From sequence record MW879340.1: DNA of 64,000 nt. One strand, written 5' to 3'. Under the pieces are notes generated by a model, which had not been told where the DNA came from, made no database searches, and saw only the letters and a program-made list of their open reading frames with translations. Both the position numbers and the translations under genes were made by a program. This document shows positions 20,289 through 29,390 of the stretch, in pieces. Every line of letters begins with the position of its first letter. Within the stretch, counting starts at the first letter, position 1.

Positions 20289-21536
20289 ATGGCCTTTGAT
20301 ATCCTTCATTTGACGTTTGACCCGTCCGGGGTAGCGACGTCGAATAAGATTATCAATGACCTGATTGAACTTCCCGAGTCTCCATTCAACCGAGCAATCG
20401 TGTTGAAGTTCGGGATGTTCTACGTCAAGTCGTTGGTACTGAAGAAGGAAGATGGAACACCGCTGGTTAAGTGGAAGGATTATCGTCCTGTGGTTCCGTC
20501 TTCTAAAACGTATCGTGATCTGCGTAACCGTACGGGGAAAGATGTGGCGGCGTGGTTGATGATTGACACCACGTACCAAGGTCGAGTGATTGCGGAGTAT
20601 CAGGCAGTGGGCTGGTATGAAGGGATTGCGAATGAAGACCTCATTGACATCCTGACTGCGATTGCCAATGACCGTCGTCCGTATTACTGGGAAGACATCA
20701 ACGATCTTCCTTCCGCGTTCCCACCGGCACCGCACGTGCACAACGTGGCTGACTTCTACAACTGGTATTATGCCACCCAGGCATTGCTGCGTTATGCATC
20801 TGCTCTGGAGAAACTTGACAAGCTGCCATCGCTGGACAGTTTTGTTACTCAGTTGAACGCCATTCGCACCGACATCAATACCAAAGCAGAAGCGATCTTC
20901 ACGGCTCTGCAAACGCACTACCGTCTGTTCAACAACCCGCACAAAGTAACACCGACAACGGTATCGGATGCGGACCTGCTGAAGAACTATCCAATGGCCT
21001 CCTTAGCGGAAGCGTTGGCAGGCACAGCTGGTCGTTACATGTCACCATCGATTGCCTCTCAGGCGGCGTATCAAACGCTGTTGAAGAACGATGGCGGTAT
21101 TGTGCATATCGGTCGCGTACCAATGTTGCAGTTCGGTGATCTGACGAGCACACCGATTCCGTACACCACGTCTGGCTTCACGTTGAACATCACGGCAGCG
21201 GTTCCGGCTATTCTGGCATCGAAGCATTATACGTTACCGGTCTCCAGCATTAACCTGGCGAGTTGGGTGGCGGCTCCGGCCAGTAAGACGTTATATCTGT
21301 ATGTGCGTGTTCGTGATGGTAAGGCGACGTATGAGGTAGCGACAGCAGCTTCACCAGAAACAACCACGTATGTTAACGTTGGCACCATTACCACGAACGC
21401 TTCGGCCATCAGTGCGGTTGCAATCAATAAAGTATCAGGCGTCGGTACCGTACGTGTGTCTCCATCGAAGATTGGTTCGGGGATCTCGGTCACCACTGGT
21501 CTGCCGTCGAAAGATGGTGCGTACGCCTGGAAGTAA
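20289..21536 (+). CDS. Tail-fibre-like virion protein
   Basis: YYWEDINDLPSAFPPAPHVH block plus the C-terminal domain ending GSGISVTTGLP. Confidence 0.62.
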   Translation: MAFDILHLTFDPSGVATSNKIINDLIELPESPFNRAIVLKFGMFYVKSLVLKKEDGTPLVKWKDYRPVVPSSKTYRDLRNRTGKDVAAWLMIDTTYQGRVIAEYQAVGWYEGIANEDLIDILTAIANDRRPYYWEDINDLPSAFPPAPHVHNVADFYNWYYATQALLRYASALEKLDKLPSLDSFVTQLNAIRTDINTKAEAIFTALQTHYRLFNNPHKVTPTTVSDADLLKNYPMASLAEALAGTAGRYMSPSIASQAAYQTLLKNDGGIVHIGRVPMLQFGDLTSTPIPYTTSGFTLNITAAVPAILASKHYTLPVSSINLASWVAAPASKTLYLYVRVRDGKATYEVATAASPETTTYVNVGTITTNASAISAVAINKVSGVGTVRVSPSKIGSGISVTTGLPSKDGAYAWK

Positions 21537-21557
21537 TTCGAAGAACAGGAGTGTCCA

Positions 21558-24500
21558 ATGAACACACCGAGCTTGGAGCGTTATCCGTTTGACTACACGG
21601 GTGAAGCGACAACCAACCTGGTGGATGGCGAACTACATGTTATTCCACCGGGGAAGAAGAACAAGATCTTTTCCCTGTTAGAAGGAGCGGCGTTCAGCCG
21701 CTCTATTAAGCTGCGCTACGGTGACGGTACCTACCTGCGTCCATGGGTAGACTTCCAGCCAGCGTATCTGTATCCGGAAGCGACACAAGCGGTAGGTGAT
21801 GCCTGTACGGGTCTGGTGATGATCATTAATGAATCCGTTAGCGGTTACGTCTACGCTGAATACCAGGTCGTGGGCGATCGCTACCAGCATAACAGCAAAG
21901 CCGTTGAGGATCTGCTGTGGGCTGCGGTGTCAGATGATCGTCCTGTGTTCTGGCCAGATATCCTGGATCGTCCAAGCGTGTTCCCGCCCGCACCACATAC
22001 CCACGACATCTTTAACGAGACGTACGGCTGGGATGAGCGTGTGCTGTTGGTTGATACCTGGACTACTGAGGTCCTGGAAACCGCTGACAACGAACGCCTG
22101 GAAGGTATTCGCGCTGCTGTCCAAACAGTGGAGGCATACCTGACCCAACGCTTTAGTCAGGTTAACCAGATTGTGGACACCCACATCAATACCAAACACG
22201 CCCATGCTGAAACAAAAGCACAGGCTGGTTTCGGTAGTCTGGTTAACATCCCAACGGCCACGATTGATCAGGCACGTAACGGTGACCGCTTGGACCTGCG
22301 CTTAACCGTAGCGGGTGCAGAGGCAATCTTGACCGATGCCTTGACCGCGTATTCTGCTAACTTAATGAAGCAGGGTATTCTGCCGATCTCTCGTTGGGGT
22401 AACCTGACGTATCTGGAACCTGGCGTGTCCGGGTCCTTTGAGGGGTCAGCTCAGATCAGTACCGTGGATTCTCGCATGTCCGTATTGGAAGTAGACGGTA
22501 CGTTAGTGCGTCTGCGTTCTGGCACCAACGGCACGTCGGTCGGTATCTATTACGACTATATGCTGAATGCGGTGACTGATCCACTGGGTGCATCGATGAT
22601 CAAGACCAACACCCAATACTGGCCTGCGGCAATGGGTGCGACATACAAGCCTTATCGCTTGTTCCGTTCCACCTCTGACGTGTTGTGGGGTTTAGCGTAT
22701 CAGGTATCTGCGTTCCCAACCCTGAACAACAAATACTTCATTGCACTGACGGGTTCGTCCTTTGACTCGTCTAAGCACGATGTGGCGTTTGTCAACAGCA
22801 CCTACACCCACAGTGAATACGGCCTGCGTTCAATCACCGACCGTGCACACCTGACTATCATCGATGGTTACGTGTACTGTGTGGATTACTGTCCATGGGG
22901 TAACACCCGTAAGGTCGGGTTCGTAATCCTGCGTGTGCCGGTCGCCGACATCAAGTCTAAGACTGACGTCACTTGGGAATTCCTGAAAGGCTGGACGGCT
23001 ACAGGCGGTATCGGTGGCACCATGACCGGTGACTCCATCAACATGGCAGCGAGGGAATACTCTACCGTCGCCAGTGACAACCCAATGATCTTGGGTGATG
23101 CACCAATGGAAGCCACACTGTACCGTAGCTCCTGGATGTTCTACGTGGTGTCTGACTCCCCGGGTGTGTTGCGTATTGCCATGGGCGGGATGATGCATTA
23201 TTACACCACCCAGCGTTTGCAGGTACAGTCCATTGGGTTCCGTTGTTTGGTGAACGTGAATACCAAGACGGCTCAGTGGGTGGATTCGCCTAAGCAGATG
23301 CGTGTGCGGATTAACAACGGTGATCTGGCAAACATCAGCCTGGATACGACTGACGCGGCGAAACTCAACCAAATGCAATTGGCGTTAGCAGTTGGGCAAG
23401 GTACGCAGGGCGGTGATGAACACGGTTGTTACTTCATCGACTACAACACCGGTTATTACATGAAGTCGTACATCACTAACATCCTGAACGTATCAATCGC
23501 ATGGGAAACCGGGCGTATTGCTAACTGGACCAACAAAATCGCTGCGTGGGATATTGTGGGTCGTCAGGTTGTGCGTGATCGTCGTCAGGTGGATAACCCG
23601 ACCTTTGGTTCGCCGGTGAACAACAGTCTGATGCAACCATACGGCTTAACCGGTAACCGGATGCTGCTGCGTGTGCTGAACGAAAGCAACAACATGAAGT
23701 TGGTACGGGCGTCTTACGGGACGAACAACAACTACACCTACAACGTTACCAACGTGGGTGCGGTAAAAGGTTATGAACCTACTGCCGATCGTGTTGATGC
23801 GCCAGAGATAAATTGGAACTATCGTGCGATCAGTTACCTCAACGGGTCTTCCTTGTCCATGTGGGGTAGCGTACTGATTCCGTATATGAACTCAGCGCCG
23901 ACCACCATCAATGCCGCTGACGGCACCTATGCGAACACCACCGGTGTGACCTGGGACGTCAATGAATTAAACGCCGCAGCACTGGCCTTTGCTCGTACGC
24001 TGGACATTGGTGCAGTAGTAACAGATGCGCGCTGCGACATCTTTGTTCCGCAGGATGCGTCATTACCAATCTTGGCGACTATCTGGACACGTCACACCAC
24101 TACGCTGGGTGCGACTTCTCGTATCTATGTGACGGGTGTGAACTACTCCGGTGCTCGTACAGGTAACATCACGGGTTATTCGTTGAAGACCTCTGGGTAC
24201 TTCTATAATGACTCGGTGGTTGACCGTGCATCGCCTGGTTCAAACAACAACACTGGCCAACAGCCTGGGATGACCGTACACCGTGTGGGTAATGACTTGA
24301 TCATCACCGCAGGGTCGTCTACTCAGACTTCAGTACCGGGCGGGTTAGCGGCGCATTTTGCGTGCTTCTCGTATAACCTAACTACCGGTGCAATTACTCC
24401 GACGAATTATAAGCTGATTGATACTAACCCGTATACGGGCGGCATCGGTTGGTTCCCAATGATTCTGCCGGGGTATGGCACACTGCTGCTTGATCGTGAC

Positions 24501-24995
24501 ATGGCGGGTCAAACGTTTGGTACACTGATGGGTGTGCTGCCAATGGGTAACACGGTAGCGGACTTTAACTCGTTTAATGCGGGTGATAAGACCGATCGCT
24601 TTGTTATCATGGCTCAGGAAGTTAAGCAGGGGTGGATGATCTACTTCACCGAAGAAGTTCCTGTGATTCTGAATGGGCGTGAAGGCACTGCACCGATTAC
24701 GGCAATCGACCTGACAACTGTGAAAGCGAATCCGGCTAACACCACGTTCTACTGTTACGCAGTGGAAACCAATGGGGTGATGTCGTATCGCATTACAGCA
24801 ACGGAAGAAGCACCGACCATCAACAAGATGTACATCGGTACGATTGTCACCAGCGGTAACGCCATCAGCAACATCCGACTGAACAAGCGTTCACGTATCG
24901 GCATTTACCAAATCTCTGATACCAAGTCTGGTACGTCTATTCCGGTCTCTACCGGTCTGCCGTTCCAACGTGGTGATTGGTCGTGGGATTCATAA
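21558..24995 (+). CDS. Long tail-fibre-like virion protein
   Basis: 1145 aa, beta-rich; VFWPDILDRPSVFPPAPHTH block; C-terminal GTSIPVSTGLP. Confidence 0.65.
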   Translation: MNTPSLERYPFDYTGEATTNLVDGELHVIPPGKKNKIFSLLEGAAFSRSIKLRYGDGTYLRPWVDFQPAYLYPEATQAVGDACTGLVMIINESVSGYVYAEYQVVGDRYQHNSKAVEDLLWAAVSDDRPVFWPDILDRPSVFPPAPHTHDIFNETYGWDERVLLVDTWTTEVLETADNERLEGIRAAVQTVEAYLTQRFSQVNQIVDTHINTKHAHAETKAQAGFGSLVNIPTATIDQARNGDRLDLRLTVAGAEAILTDALTAYSANLMKQGILPISRWGNLTYLEPGVSGSFEGSAQISTVDSRMSVLEVDGTLVRLRSGTNGTSVGIYYDYMLNAVTDPLGASMIKTNTQYWPAAMGATYKPYRLFRSTSDVLWGLAYQVSAFPTLNNKYFIALTGSSFDSSKHDVAFVNSTYTHSEYGLRSITDRAHLTIIDGYVYCVDYCPWGNTRKVGFVILRVPVADIKSKTDVTWEFLKGWTATGGIGGTMTGDSINMAAREYSTVASDNPMILGDAPMEATLYRSSWMFYVVSDSPGVLRIAMGGMMHYYTTQRLQVQSIGFRCLVNVNTKTAQWVDSPKQMRVRINNGDLANISLDTTDAAKLNQMQLALAVGQGTQGGDEHGCYFIDYNTGYYMKSYITNILNVSIAWETGRIANWTNKIAAWDIVGRQVVRDRRQVDNPTFGSPVNNSLMQPYGLTGNRMLLRVLNESNNMKLVRASYGTNNNYTYNVTNVGAVKGYEPTADRVDAPEINWNYRAISYLNGSSLSMWGSVLIPYMNSAPTTINAADGTYANTTGVTWDVNELNAAALAFARTLDIGAVVTDARCDIFVPQDASLPILATIWTRHTTTLGATSRIYVTGVNYSGARTGNITGYSLKTSGYFYNDSVVDRASPGSNNNTGQQPGMTVHRVGNDLIITAGSSTQTSVPGGLAAHFACFSYNLTTGAITPTNYKLIDTNPYTGGIGWFPMILPGYGTLLLDRDMAGQTFGTLMGVLPMGNTVADFNSFNAGDKTDRFVIMAQEVKQGWMIYFTEEVPVILNGREGTAPITAIDLTTVKANPANTTFYCYAVETNGVMSYRITATEEAPTINKMYIGTIVTSGNAISNIRLNKRSRIGIYQISDTKSGTSIPVSTGLPFQRGDWSWDS

Positions 24996-25038
24996 AACAC
25001 TGCTGGGGTGGAAACACCCCAGCTTATTAGGAGGTCGA

Positions 25039-28000
25039 ATGTCACGTTATGACGCTGAAGGCTTAGAGCCAGGTTCATGGGGTGAGTTCTTCGCAGCGCT
25101 GGAGCACATGACCACGCGCATGCAGAGTTCTAAGTTTAACAGCTATGAACTGGCAGTGTCCTTGGTGGCTCCGTTGCAGGCTAACGTGATTGCCCAGTAC
25201 AACACGGCCATGACCAAGCTGGTAAGCCACACTACCAATTACACCAATGCACACGACATTGATCGTGACGTCTTGCAGCTGGGGTTGGTTGACAACGTTG
25301 CGGTGGCGACGCTAGAACAAATTGCTGACGGTGGTTACGGCGATCTGTACATTACCGCGGATGGTTTCTCAGCGTTGGCTGCGAAAGTGTTCGGAGACTT
25401 CGGTACGGTTCTGCACCACCAGGGGATCAACCCCATTTCTGTTTATGGCGACGTATCCTGGTTACCACCAGATGTATCAGGCTCCTTCGAAGGGTCTGGT
25501 CAGGCGAATGCCGGTAACGCCGGTAGCTTCTCGTTGATCGAAGACGATGGCACCTTGATCGGGTTACGTCGTGGTACGAACGGTACGTCTCAGGGTTTGT
25601 ACTACTACTATCAGAGTAACGCTGAAGACAAGATCGACGCCGTAGGTCCTGTACGCATGAACTTGCGTTATTCACCGGCTAACCGCCCTGCTGGGTTTGA
25701 GTGTCTTGACACCATCTCCTCAGACGTGGGTTGTATTGTTGGGATCGGGTTTGGGCATGCTACGTACAACGGCTTTGTGTCATTAACCAACGGCACCATG
25801 GACGTCAGTAAACACTACACCGGTTACTTTAACGTAGCAACTGCGTTTGGTGATATTCCGGCTTACGACACGTTCTCTTCGGCGTGTGTGGTTGGCAACT
25901 ACGTCTACATCTTTATTCCGATGATTGCTGCGTCGTGGAACTACAGCGGCGAAGTCCCAGACCCTTATGACTTCAAAGTGTTCCGTTGTCCGACGTCTCA
26001 AATCGTAGCGGGTGGCGCAGTCACATGGGAAGCTATTACCAGCTGGAACTCCACGGGGCTCTGGGGTAATACGGGCGTTACGCCAAACATTCGCATCACA
26101 CCATCAATCATCAGTAAGACCGCGGCAAACAAACCGTTCATTCTGCATGAGAACCGCAGCTGGACCACCACGTACAGCCCGGTACACTCTGGTCGTCGAA
26201 CCATGTGTTGTGTAAACCCCGCTAACCCTGCTCAGGTGCGTTTAGTGGTCTATCACACCATCTGGACCTCGTTGGCTAACGGAACCGCTGTGATGCCAAA
26301 CATGGCGTTCTCGATGCTGATTAACGTTACGGCGAAGACGGCGGTCGCGGAAGATGGTGCGTCGTACATCAAACACGTGTCACCTAACCAGAACTCGGTG
26401 TCGTTGGTGTCAACGTCTATTATGGATGATGCCACTAAGGTCACTGGTTTTAACTATGCTGGCAACTGGCACCCGAACACCCTGGTTACGGCGCGCGGTT
26501 ACATGCTCAGTCGTGGGTCGGGTAACCAGCCGGATGAGAACTCCCGTTTCCTGCGTGCGCAGATCACCAACTTTGTGAACCGTTATGATGCACTGCGTAT
26601 GCGTAACCGTGTTGTCCGTGCTATCAACAACGCCCCGGATACCATCCGTGTAGGTTCTGATTTCACCAACGGATCAATGAACCCACGTATGTTGCCAGGG
26701 TTGTATCTGATGTATAACGGTACGGCAACGTCGGGTAGCAACCAGTTCTCTTACGGTCGTGCAAAACGCTTGCAGTTTATCGGATCACCTACCTTTAACT
26801 ACGGCACCATTAACTCGGGTGTGTTAAAGGGTTGGGCCCCGAACAGTACGCGTGTGGAGTTCACCACGAACATCACCTTTAACCAGGCAGTGTTTATCTC
26901 CCGTGCAGCCAGTGACGGTTCATTAGTCGCTGATGCATCTGTTGCTTACGGTCCGACTACGATAGTGTCTTCTGGGACGGCGATCAATAAAGACCTGACC
27001 ATCTCAGGAAACTTTACCTGGTCGGCTACCGAAGGCAACAACATGGCGATCACCATTGCACGTCAAGTGTTGGCGAAAACCACGTTGTACCAGTATGCCT
27101 GGACAATGTATGTGCCGCAGGATACCAACATGCCGGTGTTGATGGTTATCTCTGCATCGACAGCACGTGATGATGCGGTTGGTTTCCGTTCCTGTAACAT
27201 CCTGGCCGAGCTGAACTACACTGGTGCACGTTCTGGCAACGTAACGGGGTACTCACTGAAGCGTGTGGTTGATTCGGTCATTTACGATCCAATGCCAGGT
27301 GGTGCGTATCTCCAATACGAAACCATGGGCGGGATTCAGTCGTATAAATGTGCAGACGGGACGTACCTGATGTCCATTGGCTGTCCGCCGGTATTGGGAA
27401 CCTACGGTGGTCAGCAGGGGGTGATCTGGTATGCCGCAGTACGGGCTGGCGCGAAGACGTTAGAAGATGCCACGGTCAAACGCTTTAACCATGGTTATTA
27501 TCCAACGTCAGCTAACCCATCCGGCTTTGTACATCCGTCGTACGGCCTGTGTAAAATGGACTACGCGACTAACCAGGCGAACTACAACGCAATCTTGGCT
27601 GTGGATGTGATGGCAAACACGTACGCCGACTATACGGCTTGGGTGTCTAAGGCGAAATACGTCGTGGGTGCGCAGGAAGTAGAACAAGGCTGGATCGTGT
27701 ACTTTACCGCCGATGCACCAGTGTTCTTAGCAGGACGTGAATACACGCTGCCGGCAACGAGCATTGACTTGCGTACGATCAACGCCTCACCGGGGAATAA
27801 GACGTTCTACTGTTACGTGCGTCTGACTACCGCAGGGATCGAGTACTTCATTACCACGGATGCGCTTGCGCCTACCATGACGATGATGTACATCGGTAAG
27901 ATCGTGACGATCACCACGCAGATTTCAACCATTGAGATTACGAAGAAGATTCGTGTCGATACGTTTGAGCTGTCTCCGACCCATATCGGCTCGGGTATCC

Positions 28001-28056
28001 CAACAGGGGTAGGTGTGCCGTCGCAGGTTGGCGACTTCAAAGGTTGGACAACGTAA
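25039..28056 (+). CDS. Long tail-fibre-like virion protein, paralogue of 21558
   Basis: Start moved to ATG 25039 after an AGGAGG RBS; shares PGVSGSFEG/PDVSGSFEG, EVDGTL/EDDGTL and QEVKQGW/QEVEQGW with 21558. Confidence 0.65.
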   Translation: MSRYDAEGLEPGSWGEFFAALEHMTTRMQSSKFNSYELAVSLVAPLQANVIAQYNTAMTKLVSHTTNYTNAHDIDRDVLQLGLVDNVAVATLEQIADGGYGDLYITADGFSALAAKVFGDFGTVLHHQGINPISVYGDVSWLPPDVSGSFEGSGQANAGNAGSFSLIEDDGTLIGLRRGTNGTSQGLYYYYQSNAEDKIDAVGPVRMNLRYSPANRPAGFECLDTISSDVGCIVGIGFGHATYNGFVSLTNGTMDVSKHYTGYFNVATAFGDIPAYDTFSSACVVGNYVYIFIPMIAASWNYSGEVPDPYDFKVFRCPTSQIVAGGAVTWEAITSWNSTGLWGNTGVTPNIRITPSIISKTAANKPFILHENRSWTTTYSPVHSGRRTMCCVNPANPAQVRLVVYHTIWTSLANGTAVMPNMAFSMLINVTAKTAVAEDGASYIKHVSPNQNSVSLVSTSIMDDATKVTGFNYAGNWHPNTLVTARGYMLSRGSGNQPDENSRFLRAQITNFVNRYDALRMRNRVVRAINNAPDTIRVGSDFTNGSMNPRMLPGLYLMYNGTATSGSNQFSYGRAKRLQFIGSPTFNYGTINSGVLKGWAPNSTRVEFTTNITFNQAVFISRAASDGSLVADASVAYGPTTIVSSGTAINKDLTISGNFTWSATEGNNMAITIARQVLAKTTLYQYAWTMYVPQDTNMPVLMVISASTARDDAVGFRSCNILAELNYTGARSGNVTGYSLKRVVDSVIYDPMPGGAYLQYETMGGIQSYKCADGTYLMSIGCPPVLGTYGGQQGVIWYAAVRAGAKTLEDATVKRFNHGYYPTSANPSGFVHPSYGLCKMDYATNQANYNAILAVDVMANTYADYTAWVSKAKYVVGAQEVEQGWIVYFTADAPVFLAGREYTLPATSIDLRTINASPGNKTFYCYVRLTTAGIEYFITTDALAPTMTMMYIGKIVTITTQISTIEITKKIRVDTFELSPTHIGSGIPTGVGVPSQVGDFKGWTT

Positions 28057-28057
28057 A

Positions 28058-28111
28058 CGGCATAAGCAAGGCCTGGCCCTTCCCTTACGGGAGAGGCCAG
28101 TGCCTTTATGC
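28058..28111. terminator. Bidirectional terminator between convergent genes
   Basis: ctggcc-cttccc-ttac-gggaga-ggccag stem bracketed by CGGCATAA and TTATGC. Confidence 0.65.
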
Positions 28112-28114
28112 TGA

Positions 28115-29119
28115 TTATTGCGGACCTGCCGTGGTAGAACCACCAGACTGCACACCACCATGACGGTGAGACATCAGACTGATACCACCGCCACGTACAT
28201 CTTTCTGTGCGGTGATTGAACCTGACGTGGTTGTGTCACCACCAGAGTGGGTGATCGGACCTACCAGTTTTATCCCGCCTGGAGAGTTGATCTCAGTTGT
28301 CTGAGTGTTCACTTTCCAGGTTTGGGTTTCAAACGTGATGCTGTTGTTTGCCTGTACCAACCAATCCTGACAGATCATGTGGATCTTTTGTTTGGCAGTC
28401 AGCTTAAACGTATCTTGGGCAATGATCTCGACGTTCTTCTTGTCAATCTTAAACATTGACTTGTCGGTGTTGATCATCATCCACAAGGCTTTCACAGAAT
28501 CCAGCGTAATGGCATTATCCAGATCATCGGCAACAGAGAACTTCCCTTCACCGTAATCGAACTTCGCCACGTACTGCACGACTTCCCCGTTGGCTTTAGA
28601 GTTGGACATCATCATGTGCTTCTTGTGAGAAGACCATTCAATGAAGTACCAATCCCCATCACCAATGTCTTTGTTCTCTGTGGTGGCCGGCGACCCCGAG
28701 ATAGCGATGACGATGGTTTCTAAACGACGGAGTTCATCATCCAGACCCATCTCACACCAGTAGTACTTGTCCTCATCCCCGACACGCCATACTTCAACGC
28801 GCTCACCGGGTTGGACGTCTGGTGCAGTTACACGGTTTGACCCATGCGGTAACCAAATCGCGGTCACGTTCTGGTCAGTAACCAGTTTATCCTGAACCTT
28901 CTCACCAGCTGCCGTGGTGCCTTTATACTCCAACTGCTGTGGATCAACCGTCACCTGACCAGACATGTACGACGACATCTCACGCAGGTTCACCTGAATC
29001 TCACGTGAGTTGGTTGACTTAGCAGCAGCCACTACACCAGTAGAATGAAGATGCAATACGGAAATGTTTTGCAAAGACTGCTGGCGACCTTGTGGTTGCG
29101 GTGATGCATTTTGTTCCAT
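28115..29119 (-). CDS. Baseplate central spike (gpV / phiKZ gp164-like)
   Basis: OB-like N-terminus (WLPHGSNRVTAPDVQPGERVEV), beta-helix repeats and the C-terminal SHRHGGVQSGG HxH metal-binding apex. Confidence 0.75.
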   Translation of the reverse strand: MEQNASPQPQGRQQSLQNISVLHLHSTGVVAAAKSTNSREIQVNLREMSSYMSGQVTVDPQQLEYKGTTAAGEKVQDKLVTDQNVTAIWLPHGSNRVTAPDVQPGERVEVWRVGDEDKYYWCEMGLDDELRRLETIVIAISGSPATTENKDIGDGDWYFIEWSSHKKHMMMSNSKANGEVVQYVAKFDYGEGKFSVADDLDNAITLDSVKALWMMINTDKSMFKIDKKNVEIIAQDTFKLTAKQKIHMICQDWLVQANNSITFETQTWKVNTQTTEINSPGGIKLVGPITHSGGDTTTSGSITAQKDVRGGGISLMSHRHGGVQSGGSTTAGPQ

Positions 29120-29155
29120 GATTACACCCTAGTTATTTAATACTGAAACCTCTGA

Positions 29156-29164
29156 TGGTATAAG
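29156..29164 (+). promoter_or_regulatory. Extended -10-like motif TGGTATAAG
   Basis: Intergenic upstream of the sbcC operon; identical 9-mer at 58807. Confidence 0.4.
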
Positions 29165-29194
29165 CTAAATACATTACACCCTTAAGGACTCAAT

Positions 29195-29386
29195 ATGTTT
29201 GAATTCGTCGTAGGTTACGATGCGCAAAATATTCCTGGCTGGCTAGCCGACGCCATCAGTAATGGGGCGGTGACCGTGAAAGGCTCATCAACCAGCGAAG
29301 TGCGCTACTACCATGTCAATGGACAGGTAGCGGGTCCAGAACAGACGCTCATGTTCGATGGAAACACCATAACCGTAAAAGGATAA
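29195..29386 (+). CDS. Small hypothetical protein
   Basis: AAGGA RBS; 63 aa; directly upstream of sbcC. Confidence 0.6.
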   Translation: MFEFVVGYDAQNIPGWLADAISNGAVTVKGSSTSEVRYYHVNGQVAGPEQTLMFDGNTITVKG

Positions 29387-29390
29387 TCCC

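Noticed and set aside
24970-25038. Upstream start of the 1028-aa fibre ORF
   Set aside because: A strong AGGAGG precedes ATG 25039, and the extension overlaps the previous gene's end.
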